DNA of 63,595 nt, filler included, from Octopus bimaculoides (taxonomy: Eukaryota): assembly GCF_001194135.2 (NCBI RefSeq). It is 6 parts of 6 records of this genome, joined end to end, with 100 filler letters (N's around TTAATTAATTAA, not from the genome) between each part and the next. Parts side by side here need not be neighbours in the genome. Positions count along the whole stretch, not along the records: positions 1 to 9,836 come from NC_068986.1; positions 9,937 to 24,474 come from NC_068982.1; 4 more parts are not named here. One strand, written 5' to 3'. This document shows, one piece after another, positions 1 through 12,341 of the stretch. The position numbers and the translations under genes are program-made. Numbering within the stretch: the first letter of the stretch is position 1; the number at the start of each line of letters is the position of its first letter. The notes beneath the pieces are model-generated. The model ran no database searches. It was not told where the DNA came from and worked only from the letters and a program-made list of their open reading frames with translations.

Positions 1-164
1 TGAAGGATATGTTCTCTATGTGGCCTGCTTGTTTGTTGTACCTTGTTTATCATTTTGTCCATGTTCTTTTGCCACGTCATGTACCCAGTTATGTATCTAT
101 ATGTACATGTAGATGAAGGTATGTACATACATGTACATATATATGCGTATACTCATATATTGTT

Positions 165-196
<32 letters not shown>

Positions 197-552
197 GGCA
201 CAGGAGTAACTGTGTGGTAAGTAGCTTGCCTATCAACCACATGGTCTCGGGTTCAGTCCCACTGCGTAGCAGCTTGGGCAAGTGTCTTCTACTATACCCA
301 CGAGCCGACTAAAGCCTTGTGAGTGAATTTGGTAGACGGAAACTGAAAGAAGCCCGTCGTGTGTGTGTGTGTGTTTTGGTGTGTCTGTGTTTGTTCCTCC
401 AACATCGCTTGACAACTGATGCTGGTGAGCTTACGTCCCCATAGCTTAGCGGTTCGGCAAAAGAGGCCGATAGAATAAGTAGTAGGCTTACAAAGAATAA
501 GACCTGAGGTCCAGCATGGCTACAGTGAAATAACTGAAACAAATAAAAGAAT
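197..552 (+). mobile_element. tRNA-derived CORE-type SINE (family A)
   Basis: tRNA-like head (tgtgtggtaag...gggttcagtccc), CORE-like cttgggcaagtgtctt, internal (TG)n, 3' end ccagcatggc..tgaaac..aaaagaata. Near-identical copies at 8022, 22693, 33480 and 40823. Confidence 0.9.
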
Positions 553-622
553 ATATATGTATAGGATACTGTGTTATCTCATATGCACCAACATATGAGA
601 ATTTGAGTCGAAAATGCATGTA

Positions 623-1908
623 TCAGGTCATCCCATAAGTTCTGTCCGAATTTTGAATAAAGAAAACAAGTGATCAGATGTTGTATTTAATTGAAATTTG
701 ATCATCAATGCACTTTCCCTGATTATCTATGATTTCCTTCCATCTAGTTACAAGCTTCTTAATCCCATCAATGTAAAACTCTTTTGGTTTCAAAGCGAAG
801 AACTCTGAAATGTCAGTTTCGACCTCCTCCTGGCTTGCGAAAGTTATGTCCCTCAAATGATTCTGTAAACTACGAAACAAATAGTAGTCTGAAGGAGCAA
901 GGTCGGGAGAATAAGGTGGATGAGGAATTTTTTCCCAACCAAGTTCTTCGATCTTTTGTGATATGATCTTTGCAGTGTGGGGTCGCGCATTGTCCTGATG
1001 AAACATCACTCCTTTTCGATTCACTAAAGCGGGTCTTTTTTTCTTCAAAGCTTGGTTGAAACGCTCTAATTGCTGACAGTAGACTTGAGCATTGATTGTT
1101 GCATCAGGTGGTAACAATTCAAAGTGAATTACTCCTTTTCAATCCCACCAGATAGAGAGAAGAACCTTTTCCCCATGAAGTTCCCTTTTCGGTTGTGGCT
1201 GAGCTGTTTCCCTTTTACCAAGCCACTGTTTACGGCGTTTAACATTTCGATAGAAGATCCATTTTTCGTCACAAGTCACAAGTTTATCCAAAAAGGATGA
1301 AATGAGTTCGCGAGAATGGAGAGAAGAGCAGATGTCAACTCGGGATTTGCGGTTGCTCTCGGACAATTCATGAGGCACCCATTTTCAAGTTTAGGAACCT
1401 TTGCAAGTTGTTGAAGATGACGATGAACACTTGTATGGCTTGAACTAAGCTTTATTGCCAATTCTTCAACTGATAATGCAGAACTTTCCTCAAGTAATGC
1501 CTCAAGGAGCTTATCATCAAACTCAACTGGACGTCCTGTTCGATCTTCATCTTCAAGGCTGAAATCTCCACTTCTGAATTTTGCAAACCATCTTCTGCAA
1601 GTTCTTTCATTCAAGCATTCTTTCCCATAAACTGAGAGTATGTTTCGAGTCGTTTCGGCTGCAGAGTTTCCTTTCTTGTACTCATAAAGCATTATGCGCC
1701 TCAAATGCTCTTTGGATACTTCCATGTTAGAAAGGCTTTAATCAAAGAAATTCTAATTCTATTATTCTGTAAAATAATATTTAATTAGTTTAAATGTACA
1801 CAAATGCATAAAAATAATTTTTAATTCCATTAGACTTTCTAAAATACTATTAAATTTCATTCAATTTTAAAAAAGGTAAAATCGGACAGAACTTATGGGA
1901 TGACCTGA
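623..1908 (-). mobile_element. Full-length mariner DNA transposon (1286 bp)
   Basis: Perfect 27-bp TIRs tcaggtcatcccataagttctgtccga (623-649 and 1882-1908), TA target duplication at 621-622 and 1909-1910, internal transposase. Confidence 0.97.
674..1725 (-). pseudogene. Mariner DD34D transposase, disrupted
   Basis: HTH N-terminus, (W)VPHEL, TCDEKW, HQDNARPH and HPPYSPDLAPSD, with 34 residues between the 2nd and 3rd D. One frameshift near 1385 and one in-frame TGA at 1139-1141 (WWD*KG). Confidence 0.95.
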
Positions 1909-3300
1909 TATATATGTGTGGGTTGATTTATAAATGTGTGTGCGCATACATATATATATATATATATGCTTGTATATATGTATGTATGTGTCTGTGTGTC
2001 TGTGTGTGTGTGTGCGTGCGTATACAATGAGGGAATGGAGTGAGAGGCGATATCGTCTGCCAGACCGTCAAACTGTTGCTGCATGTGGCCAGTGCAATGA
2101 TTTCCAAGAAATGTCAATCATTTCGAAGAGTAGAGAACAATTCAAGAAGCAGACAACTGTCCTACTTTGATGAGCTGTCAACCGGAACCGGAAGTAATAT
2201 AATTTGAAATTCTTAGCTGCAATAGATTAACAAAAAGAGACTTGACGTCTTTTCCTTTTGTTTTCCGTCATTTTGTTTCGTTTTCATTTTTAAAAGGTTT
2301 TTATTTTTATCCATTTAACTTTCTGAATTTTCTGAGAGTTTTGTGTGCGTGTGTGTGCGTGTGAGCGTGTGGAGCGAAGGGTATGTTTGTGTGTTAGCGT
2401 GTTTTTCTTTTCTTACTTGCTTTTTTGTGGGGTATTTTTTGTCGTTTTAATTTTCAAGTGGCATACAAGGAAAACGATTTAACTGACTGAAACTGGCTCT
2501 TCTCTCTCAGGCTTTATGTTACATTTTCTATTTGATCTTCTTGTTGTTATTGTTGTTGTTACTGTTGCCGAAGGCGGTGGTTGTGGTGATGGTGTTGATC
2601 TTATAGTTGCAGTTGTCTTGTGGGTGGAGCGGGTTATTTTACACACACATTCACACACACACACACACCTACACACATATCCATAGCTTTATAGGAAAGA
2701 ACAAACGCATACATATCGCATAAATACACGGGAACACATGCATACATTCCCATAACTATTCAAAAAATTGCATACAGACATGCACACACACGCATGCACA
2801 CGCACACACACACACACAGGCGCGCGCGCACGTGTGTACTCACATACGCGCACAAATGTAGAACAGAGTTAAGAACTCTCAGAGATTTGCGATTTGGGAC
2901 ATGTGTGTGAGTGTGTGTATGTATGTGTGTGTATATGTGTGTGCGTATGTGTGAGTGCACGCTCGCATGTGTGTGTGTGGAAGTGTATGCGTGCGTGTAT
3001 GTACGTGTTTATATGTGTGCCTGTGTATGAGTGTATGTGTGTGTGCTTCTGTGTGTGTACGTGCGTGTGTATTTGCACAATTTTATGTTTGTTTTTATGC
3101 CATCTTATAAAAACAATTTACCGTTCAACTGGAGAATTAATAGTTTTTAGTCAAGTTTACAGTAGTTAACTTTTACCAGGATAAAAAAAATTGTCAGTGA
3201 CTTCGAAGTTTCGGCTTGCTCACATTCTTCACCCTGTCCGATGAATTCCTGTCAAACTTTTATTTTTAAAATTCAATGTGTGTCGATCAATCGATCGATC

Positions 3301-3343
<43 letters not shown>

Positions 3344-3485
3344 TATGTATGTGTGTGTCTCTGTGTGTATGTATGTCTACATACATATTACATAAACATA
3401 CATACATGCGTTAGGATATATACCTGTACACGTTTATTTCATGTGTGTGTATATATGTATATATGTGTGTGTGTGAGTGTGTGTG

Positions 3486-3528
<43 letters not shown>

Positions 3529-3816
3529 TTAATATACGTAATTTATATAATTTCATCCGCTGGCAATCATTGTAGTTTTACGGGTGGCCCTCGACTATAG
3601 TATCCACCCGATTAGTCTGCCGAGCAATCCCTCAGGTGGTTGTCCTTTTTCGTCGTTGGTCGATGATATTTCAGAGACGGCACCTCTGCTGTTCTTGGAC
3701 TGTTCTTGAAACGAGTGCCTAACCTCAAGTACACATTCCATCTCTCCCCTCGTGGATATGATACAAAGCAAAGACCAGTCAATAAAAGCGTTAGGTAACG
3801 TCCTGATTCATGTGTG

Positions 3817-3889
<73 letters not shown>

Positions 3890-4139
3890 ATTTATACGTA
3901 AGTGAGTGAGTGTGTGGGTGTGTACATGCTTAACATGCACAAGAAATCGCACCTGAGTTTGGCCGAAGCCACGTGCTAAAGTTTGGGTCAATAACTAAGG
4001 TGAAGCAGTGATAGATCAAATATTTGCTTATAATAGGGCAATGCTTTTGTAAGTAGTCACTGGTGTCAAATTAATTTCCGGAACTACATTACTGCGGTTT
4101 GGCTTTGCGTGCATGGACATTAAATTTGAGGGCGACGTT

Positions 4140-5110
4140 GAACTGTGGCGTTTTACTTAGATTTCAGTGCCCCCGCATGAGGTAGTCGAAATACTCCCGC
4201 TGGATCGGTCAACAGCCACTCTCAAGGCATTGTTCTTTTGTAGATGTACCAGCTGAAGGTCCTTGTCGATTGTCTAAAGCCAGTTCATCTTAGGAATCCC
4301 CATCGCCGGTGTCTCTGGAGTTTCTATTTTATGATTTGAATGGTGAGTTTGTTCGTCGGAAATCTTACGACTAGTCGCGGACAACTCAGTCGGCGTTTAC
4401 AAATAGCGATGGACATTAGGCTTTCCTTCTTCTGACCTCGTAACTGATAGAGTCGTTCCATTTGATGCTAAGCATTTTCTGGGGGCATCTGCTGTCCAGT
4501 TTCTTAAATGGCTTCCACGAGCCTTGTTTTGCAGCTATATAGAAGGGTGGAAAATACGATTCATTTTGGTTTTTAGAGAAGATTCTTTGCCCTTCGGATT
4601 TTACTAAACTGTTTGAATGCGGCTGACTTCTTTCGCACCCTTCAATCAAGCTCTTTTCTCGTGTCCCCTTTGCAGTTCCCAACACAGATGAAGTTGTCTT
4701 CTACTGCTACTTCCTTCTGATTAATGTCTACATCTGAGATGCAGGGTATCTCAATCAGTTTGTTTTTGGTCTTCTTGGTGCTGTGGTTGAGACCTATATT
4801 TGCGGCTGAAGTACTAACTTCGCTGACCAGTATATGGAGGTCCTATGTGGATTCTGCTAGTGCAGTGATATCATCTGCAAAATCTAGGTCAGCCAACTTT
4901 TTCTCCTGGCAACCCCCTTAATCCCTTGACCTCTCCAAAAGAAATGTCTAAACAAGGACTAAAGGCCTCTCGCTTTTAGCTGTCGTATGGCCGTTGACTC
5001 TACACAGTTTATTCGTGCTTTGACAGATTTTGTCTTTCGTCTTGCTGAGAGTCGAACGAAAACCACCCTCCTCAGCGAGAAAGCTTGCTGGTTTTGTCAC
5101 CGACGGCCCG
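4140..5110 (-). mobile_element. RTE-clade LINE remnant (RT and C-terminus, internally deleted)
   Basis: Minus strand reads KLADLDFADDITALAE (FADD at 4870-4881), KKLDSRCPQKMLSIKWNDSISYEVRRR and an RPxGxPKMxWL-like C-terminus. Multiple stops. Confidence 0.85.
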
Positions 5111-5204
5111 ACCATGTGACAGGTTGTACTGCGTTACATGTTACCAGAAGTACTAAGAGTGACCTGACACGTAGATACAAACATCCTTGCAAACATACAT
5201 AGCC

Positions 5205-5535
5205 TGTAACGTCACAGGTCAGTAGAACCGTGACGTCATACAGCTGCAGCAAATAATGAACGATCAAGTTTTTGCTAGATTTCCCATGTTTACGCAAAAT
5301 GACAACCGGAAGTGACGTCTGCGGAAGTAAATTGAAATGTTTGAGTTATAATGTAAACATATCCTTCCATTATTTAAGCGTTTAGAAGAAAATTACATTT
5401 GGACAGATTTAATGCAAAGATGGAGGTGAAATAAGTTGTGACCTTTCACTGAAAAGTGCTAAAGTGAACGACATGGCATACCATAGAGGTCACTTCCTGG
5501 TTTTTGAGGATCCAGTCGTAATAACTGGCCAATTA
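5205..5535. promoter_or_regulatory. Putative ETS/CRE/CCAAT motif cluster
   Basis: TGACGTCA 5231-5238, CCGGAAGTGACGTC 5306-5319, GCGGAAGT 5321-5328, ACTTCCTG ~5492, CCAAT ~5529. Motif matches only. Confidence 0.3.
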
Positions 5536-5781
5536 GAAACAACCTCTTTGCACATGACTAGTATGCTAGAAATAACAGCTAAATCTCCTTCAAATTACAC
5601 CCGGTTTAGTTGTTTCTAGTTGTCAAATTATTTTCCAATCCCGTTCGAAATTGAGAAATTTGGTGTCAAAATTTGTGGAATTCTAGTTTCCATTCAAAAT
5701 AGATTAAGTAACTCTTCTTGTGCTCGTATTGAGCACTCTGTTTCCTCCTTTTGTTCACATCATTTCTCTTTATACTTGTGC

Positions 5782-5828
<47 letters not shown>

Positions 5829-5896
5829 AATAATACACGTGCACGTACGTATGTTTGAATGGCTGCGTGCTTATGTATGTGTACGTGTGTATGAGC

Positions 5897-5937
<41 letters not shown>

Positions 5938-6399
5938 NNNNNNNNNNATACATGTACATATATATGCATATACTCATATATTGTTTGTTTCACACGACAG
6001 AACGCATGCGTTACCTTTACACACATATACTCGTGTATGTGTGGATGTTTATATTTACATATATATAAATATACGTGTGCACAGTTTATTCTTTCACCCA
6101 ATGTAAACACCACTTCACCCTACGTTCTATACGCTAACACAGTATATAGACCGATATATATATGTGTGTGTGTGTGCGCGCGCGCGTGTGTGTGTGTATA
6201 CACACACATACATATACACACCAACTGCTGTTCTCTTCATTAACTGTCTCTGATGACGTCAATGACTTTATTTTGTGTGTCATTTCGTCAAAAACTACAA
6301 ACTTTCCCGCCTTTTCGCCCACCCTCTTCCCACCCTTTTTCATTCTCTCGTTCTTTATTTCTTCATTTTTGCTAGGGATCACGTGAATAGGGAGCTGAT

Positions 6400-6970
6400 G
6401 TTTGTTGTATTGTTGTTGCCACAAAAGGGGTTTGGGGTTTTTAACTTGAAATATCTTGTTAGTATTCTTTAGGGTGCTTAGTGTTCCTATTGTTGTTGTT
6501 GTCATTGTTCCCGTTACTTCATTTGTTGTCACTGCTGCTGCTGCTGCTGTTGTTGTTGTTGTTTTAGTTCCAGCTGTTGCTATTGTTGTTGTTGTTGTTT
6601 TTCCTATTACTTCAGCTGTTGTTATTGTTCTTCTTGGTGTTTTTATTGTAACTCTCGTCTCAGTTGTTGTTTTTGCTCTTGTTCTTTTCGTTGCTGTCGT
6701 TATTGCAATTGTTGTTGTTGTTGTTGTTGCTGTACTTTTAGTTGCCGCTGCGCCCGATTCTAAGATCATTGTTCGTCGTTCGCCTTTTTTCAGCGTCGAT
6801 GGAGTTTCTGTTATTGTTAATATTATTGTTGACGTTGTTGTATTTGTTGAGGTTCTCTCTGCTGATAACACAGACGGCTGTTGTTGTTGTTGTTGGTGGT
6901 GGTGATGCTACAGTACTGTTTTGTCATCATTTTTGTTGTTGCTATAGCTACTGCTGCTGCTGCTGCTATC
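6400..6970. repeat. Degenerate (TTG/CTG/GTG)n trinucleotide low-complexity tract
   Basis: Runs of gtt/gct/ggt. The Thr-rich and Val-rich ORFs here are by-products of the repeat. Confidence 0.85.
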
Positions 6971-7515
6971 TCTATTAACATGGCCGAAGCAATACGGACT
7001 CTGCAATAAGCACCTTGTCTTACTTGCGTTCATTGTACGTCATTAGTTCGATTCTCGCTTGTACCAACGTTGTCTTTCGTCTTTGCACAATCGTTTAAAT
7101 ATATACCAGTTACATACTGGGGTACGTTTCCATATAATTAAATAAACCCCTTTTTTTTTTACAAATGTCGATTCCGTAATAATGTAAGGTTTCATTGTTG
7201 CTGTCCATGACCACCCACTCGTTTTCAGATACAATGTCTATCTAGGATTACATTATTTAAAGTGTTGTTCCATGTTTATATGTGGTGGCGGTGGCGGCGG
7301 TAGTGGTGGTGGTGGTGGTGGTCGTCGTCGTCGTCTCTGTCATGGTATTTTGATAGCAAGGTTATTGTTGTTATTGCTGTAGATGTTGCCGTAGAGTCTA
7401 CGAAGTGTCAACGCCAGCAATATATACATACGAACATACATACTTACATACATGCGTGTGCGTGTGTATAATATATATATTCATATATATATACATACAT
7501 ACACACACACGCGCG

Positions 7516-7830
7516 TGGAGGCGCAATAGCCCTGTGGTTAGGGCAGTGGACTCGCGGTCGGAGGATCGTGGTTTCGATTCCAAGACTGGGCGTTGTGTGT
7601 GTTTATTGAGCGAAAACACCTAAAGCTCCACGAGGGTCCAGCGGGGGGGGGGACCCCTGTTGTACTCTTTCGCCCCAACTTTCTCTCACTTTTTCTTCCT
7701 GTTTCTTGAGTAACGCTGCGATGGACTGACGTCGCGTCCAGCTGGGGGAACACATACGCCATAGAAACCGGGAAACCGGGTCCATGAGCCTGGCTAGGCT
7801 TTAAAAGGGCGCATAAATAAAATACACACA
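7516..7830 (+). mobile_element. tRNA-derived SINE (family B)
   Basis: Head ggaggcgcaatagccctgtggttagggcagtgg with B-box gtttcgattcc, followed by a SINE body. Confidence 0.8.
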
Positions 7831-8021
7831 CGCACACATACGCACACATACGCACACACAGATTTAAATAAATTATTAAGGTGGATAGTCACAATTTAAA
7901 AACCAAAAGGCATAACTACGATCGCCATTAAAGTGACTAAGGGTGTAAGTCAGGATNNNNNNNNNNNNNNNNNNNNNNNNNNNNNNNNNNNATATATATA
8001 TATATATATATATATATACTG

Positions 8022-8353
8022 ACAGGCATGGCTGTGTGGTAAAAAGCTTGCTTCCCAGCTACATGGTGCCAAGTTTAGTCCCATTGCGTGACACCTTGGG
8101 CAAATGTCTTCTAACACAGCTTCAGGCCGACCAAAGCCTTGTGAGTGGATTTGGTAGACAGAAACTGACTGTCCCCACCATCGCTTGACAACCAATGTTT
8201 TTATGTTTACGTCCCTGTAACATAGCGGTTCGACAAAAGGGAGCGATAGAAGAAGTACTAAGCTTACAAGGAATAAATCCTGGGCTCAATTTCTTCGTCT
8301 AAAGGCGGTGCTCTAGCATGACCGCAGTCAAATAACTGAAACAAGTAAAAGAA
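8022..8353 (+). mobile_element. CORE-type SINE family A copy (internally deleted)
   Basis: Same head, CORE and tail as 197-552. Confidence 0.9.
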
Positions 8354-8417
8354 TATATGTATGTATATACAGAGATACAGAGATACAATGACAGAGACGG
8401 CAGGCAAGCAGACACGC

Positions 8418-8510
<93 letters not shown>

Positions 8511-8689
8511 TGTGTGTATGCACGCGTAAGCGTATGTTTGCGTGTTTATATATATGTAAATGTATTGTTTGTTCATTGAGTGGACATAACTGGAACATTT
8601 CCTCTTTGTAAACCAATTCAATGCTTAAGTTTCCGATGACTCAATTTGTTAGGATCCCAGTTACTTTTACCTCGATGACAGTTCTATGG

Positions 8690-9030
8690 CCAAAGGTGTA
8701 TATACAGCGTGGAAGTCCAGATTGACAACAGTATTAAGTACAAGATATACAATGCTTAATGGAAAATAAACGCATAAAAATAGACTTAACATCTAGATAA
8801 AAGATTTGCTTCGATAATATCAAAGTATATTTGGTATCTGAAAGAACACGGTTCAGTTCCTCTTGGTCAATATTAGAAAGCACACAATTACGCTTCCTAC
8901 TGTGGTTCAGTGAGATGTCCGTTGTGTTTGAACGAGAAATTATTCGTTCTTTTCCAGAGTGAATTTGAACCACAAATTTGTAATTTTTAATTCTTGCAGA
9001 CACACATCGAAATTCTTGCGTTGTAATTTA
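8690..9030 (+). mobile_element. Penelope-like element GIY-YIG endonuclease C-terminal remnant
   Basis: SKYIWYLKE (8820-8846) and RCPLCLNEK (8913-8939) in one frame with one stop between them, then frameshifted LNHKFVIFNSCRHTSKF. Matches the SKYIWxLK...CxLCLxEK...LN...CRH pattern of PLE GIY-YIG domains. Confidence 0.75.
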
Positions 9031-9547
9031 CTACTGCCTAATGAAGTCCTCCTACTTGCTTTACTGACCTGCTCCACAGAAATGTATTCGATCTTAAACG
9101 CCGTCTCACCTTCTGAAGTAACACCATATTGTATCATCTGCTTTCCGTTCTTTTAATGATTGGACTCAATGTAATATTATCTTTTTCTCTCCAAAAGCCT
9201 TTCATTTACTATTTTACCTAATTTCTCTGAATCCTACAGCTTAAGTATTTTAATATGTTTTTTTAGGTTTAGATTCTGAAAAACTCCAGTTTGTTCCCTT
9301 CCAACCACCCTTCCCTCTATGCACTCCTCTATGCATTTTGTTTACAAGATTTTCTGAAGTTTATTTTTAGATAAATCATATATTTCAAACAAGCACCACC
9401 AACACAACTATGTCTCACACTGCTTTATTTCTTCTTTCTTTTTTACGCATGTTTTAGCATTTGGATATTTTGCCTGTGAGCGTCTGTTTGTGTGTATGGA
9501 TATATGCTTACACGCGCGCGCGCACACATTCACACAATAACACACTT

Positions 9548-9590
<43 letters not shown>

Positions 9591-9671
9591 TAACATATAT
9601 ATGATTGCATATATGTGTGTGTGTTTGTGTGTGTATGCATATATAGATACATGCATTTATATATTCATTAA

Positions 9672-9836
9672 TTCTTTTACTTGTTTCAGTCATTTGACTG
9701 CGGCCAAGCTGGAGCACTGCCTTTTAATCGAACAAATCAATCCCAGGACTTATTCTCCGTCGCTTCCGCCGAACTGCCAAGGATGTAAACACGCCAACAT
9801 CGGTTGTCAAGCGATGGTGGGAGGACAAACACTATC
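9672..9836 (-). mobile_element. SINE family A 3' part, cut by a gap
   Basis: Reverse complement of the family A tail (tcttttacttgtttcagtcatttgactgcggcc). Confidence 0.85.
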
Positions 9837-9936
9837 NNNNNNNNNNNNNNNNNNNNNNNNNNNNNNNNNNNNNNNNNNNNTTAATTAATTAANNNNNNNN
9901 NNNNNNNNNNNNNNNNNNNNNNNNNNNNNNNNNNNN
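9837..9936. other. Artificial contig-join spacer N44-TTAATTAATTAA-N44
   Basis: Exactly 100 bp with a six-frame stop linker at 9881-9892. The same construct recurs four more times. Confidence 0.95.
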
Positions 9937-9970
9937 CTGGATGCCCTTCCTAATGCCATATATATATGTA

Positions 9971-10009
<39 letters not shown>

Positions 10010-10344
10010 TGAAGTCCATGGCTATATTTAGATAAGTCATCTTTAAGCTGTGTTTATCAGTAATTAGTATCTTCAAAATGCCAGCAAGTACAACAAACCA
10101 ATCTGCATCAGAATAGAAAATTTATACAAAATTCTTCCAAAGAAAATCACAACAATAATAATGGTTTTTAAGACTGGCACATCATAAATCTGAGAGGGAG
10201 GGAGATGTAGTTGATGCAATCGATTAAACATCGTTCCCCCTCAATCAACATGGTTAATGGTTATTTTATCCACACTTTGAAGGATTTGAAATCAAACGAG
10301 TGTGGATTAAAACAATAAAGGCAAATAAAGCACCATCTGAACAT

Positions 10345-10630
10345 AGCTGATGCCAGTGCGGCCTGACTGGTTCCCCTGACGGTGACACATAAAAAGCACC
10401 ATTCAAGCATGGTCAATGCCAGTACCACCTGACTGGCCCTCGTGCTAGTGGCACGTAAAAAGCACCCACTACACTCTCAGAGTGGTTGGCATTAGGAAGG
10501 GCATCCAGCTGTAGAAACATTGCCAGATCGGATTGGAGCCTGGTGCAGCTTTCTTGCTTGCCAGCCCTCAGTCAAACTGTCCAACCCATGTCAGCATGGA
10601 AAGCAGACATTAAACGACGATGATGATGAT
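10345..10630 (+). mobile_element. RTE LINE 3' end fragment
   Basis: gccagt..cctgactgg subrepeats, then aaactgtccaacccatg..agcatggaaagc and a (GAT)n tail. Confidence 0.8.
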
Positions 10631-10675
10631 GAAACAATATACAGTAAAATATTTTGGAAAACCAAACAGGGACCA

Positions 10676-10900
10676 AAATACTGGTTTCAAATTTTGGCAC
10701 AAGGCCAGCAATTTAGGGTGAGGGGCAAGTTGATTACATTGACCCCAGTGCTTAACTGGTACTCATTTTACTGACCCCAAAAGATGAAAAGCAAAGTCGA
10801 CCTTGGTGGAATTTGAACTCAGAATGTAAAGACAAACGAAATGATGCTAAGCATTTTGCATGGAATGGTAACGATTCTGCAAGTGTACCACCTTAAAACA
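10676..10900 (-). mobile_element. tRNA-derived SINE family C
   Basis: Matches the reverse complement of the copy at 54998-55195 (aaagtcgacct, ggcacaaggccagcaattt). Confidence 0.8.
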
Positions 10901-11599
10901 GGGACCAAAATATTGGTCTCAAATTTTGGTAAAGGCTAATAAATTCCAGGGGGAAGTAGAAGACTGCTTACAGCCCACACCTAACTTATATCGAATTATA
11001 CAAACAGAACTGATAATTTAGTGATGAACCCTAATTTGAATACCATTTATATAAGGGTTAATTAATTTGTATTATGCTTATAAGTTACAGATCAATTTTC
11101 AGTCATAAACTTCATACGACTTGTTCTTAATGGTGCACCGTTTCCTCAGAATAGGAGTGGAACGACCAGTTGGTAGGGCACAGGACTATTTTTATATTAA
11201 TTACATCCCTAAAAAACATGTGTTGTAATTGTTGACACCTGAAAACGCACCATCATGGGCCAGGTCAACAATACTCCTTTATACAGAAAGGTTCCAGGTT
11301 ATGTGAGGCAAACATGGCCAGCCAGGAAAGAAAGCCAGCAGTCCTTAATCCTTTGAACCCCAGATACCCAGTGTCCTTGACACCCTCACCCCAGGTTCCC
11401 TGGGTAAAAGAATCAAAATAATGATTTCCCACCTAATATTGTTTCAGAGTCATTAAATGGGTTTTCTGTCTCTCATATTGAAATAAAATTCCAAATAGAG
11501 GGTAACATTGTCCTTACATTTTTCTTTGTTTGTTTTATTGCCAATACTGGCACTTGTGGTGCCCGTCGACCCACCAGTTACTGTCTGGTTTTCCAATAC

Positions 11600-11815
11600 A
11601 GAAAATACTGGCTGGTAAAGCAGCCACTGGGGTATTTGTATCTGTGGCTGGCGGCCGGAATAGTGGCCACTGGGATATTTGTAAACAGTACCACATGGCA
11701 GCCTGTAAAGTGGCCGCTGGGGTATTTATATCTGCAGTTGGCAACTGGAATAGGACCTGTTGGGGTATTTGTAAACAGTAGAACATGGCTGCCGGTAAAG
11801 CAGCCGCTGGGGTTC
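11600..11815. repeat. Minisatellite of alternating 43- and 47-bp subunits (90-bp higher-order unit)
   Basis: Five subunits, each ending in ctggggtattt or a close variant. Confidence 0.8.
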
Positions 11816-12213
11816 TGAGGGTTAAGGTGACACCTTTTCTCAGCACTTATTCTGTCAGTAAGTACATTTAACGTGTATATACATCAACCACATCAGTGCG
11901 TTCACTGAGAAACAGTTAAATCTTTGGATGATATCAAAGTCATTCAACAAAAGAAAGAAAATGATATAGTGTTCAAAATAATTTTTTTTGTAGATTCCTA
12001 TTTTATTTAACCAAGAAAACAGCTGTATATGAAACCACAATGTTCTGGCATAGCGAGGCTTTAAACAAGTAAAAGGTTGAAACTGTGCAATCTGGAAACT
12101 ACAAAAAATAGAACTTACCAAAAATTATGTAAAATTTCAAGGATGTTATTAAATTACGATGCAAAAGTGCTTATCTGTGATCACCAAATTCACATAAAAT
12201 TTATGCAAATGTA

Positions 12214-12341
12214 CAGGGTGTCCACAAAGTCTGGGTACATGGGGGATTAACACATACTTTAAGAAATTATTATTTCTTATATTTAATTGTTTATGTTATG
12301 ATTTTAATTACTCCATGTACTCAGACTTTGTGGACACCCTG
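12214..12341. mobile_element. Tc1/mariner-type MITE (128 bp)
   Basis: 29-bp TIRs cagggtgtccacaaagtctg(g/a)gtacatgg with 1 mismatch, TA on both flanks. Confidence 0.92.

Noticed and set aside
6134-6871. 245-aa Thr-rich ORF (and antisense Val-rich ORF) as a mucin-like exon
   Set aside because: Built from (ACA/CAA/GCA)n repeats, which lack stops by composition. There is no polypyrimidine acceptor and no non-repetitive domain.
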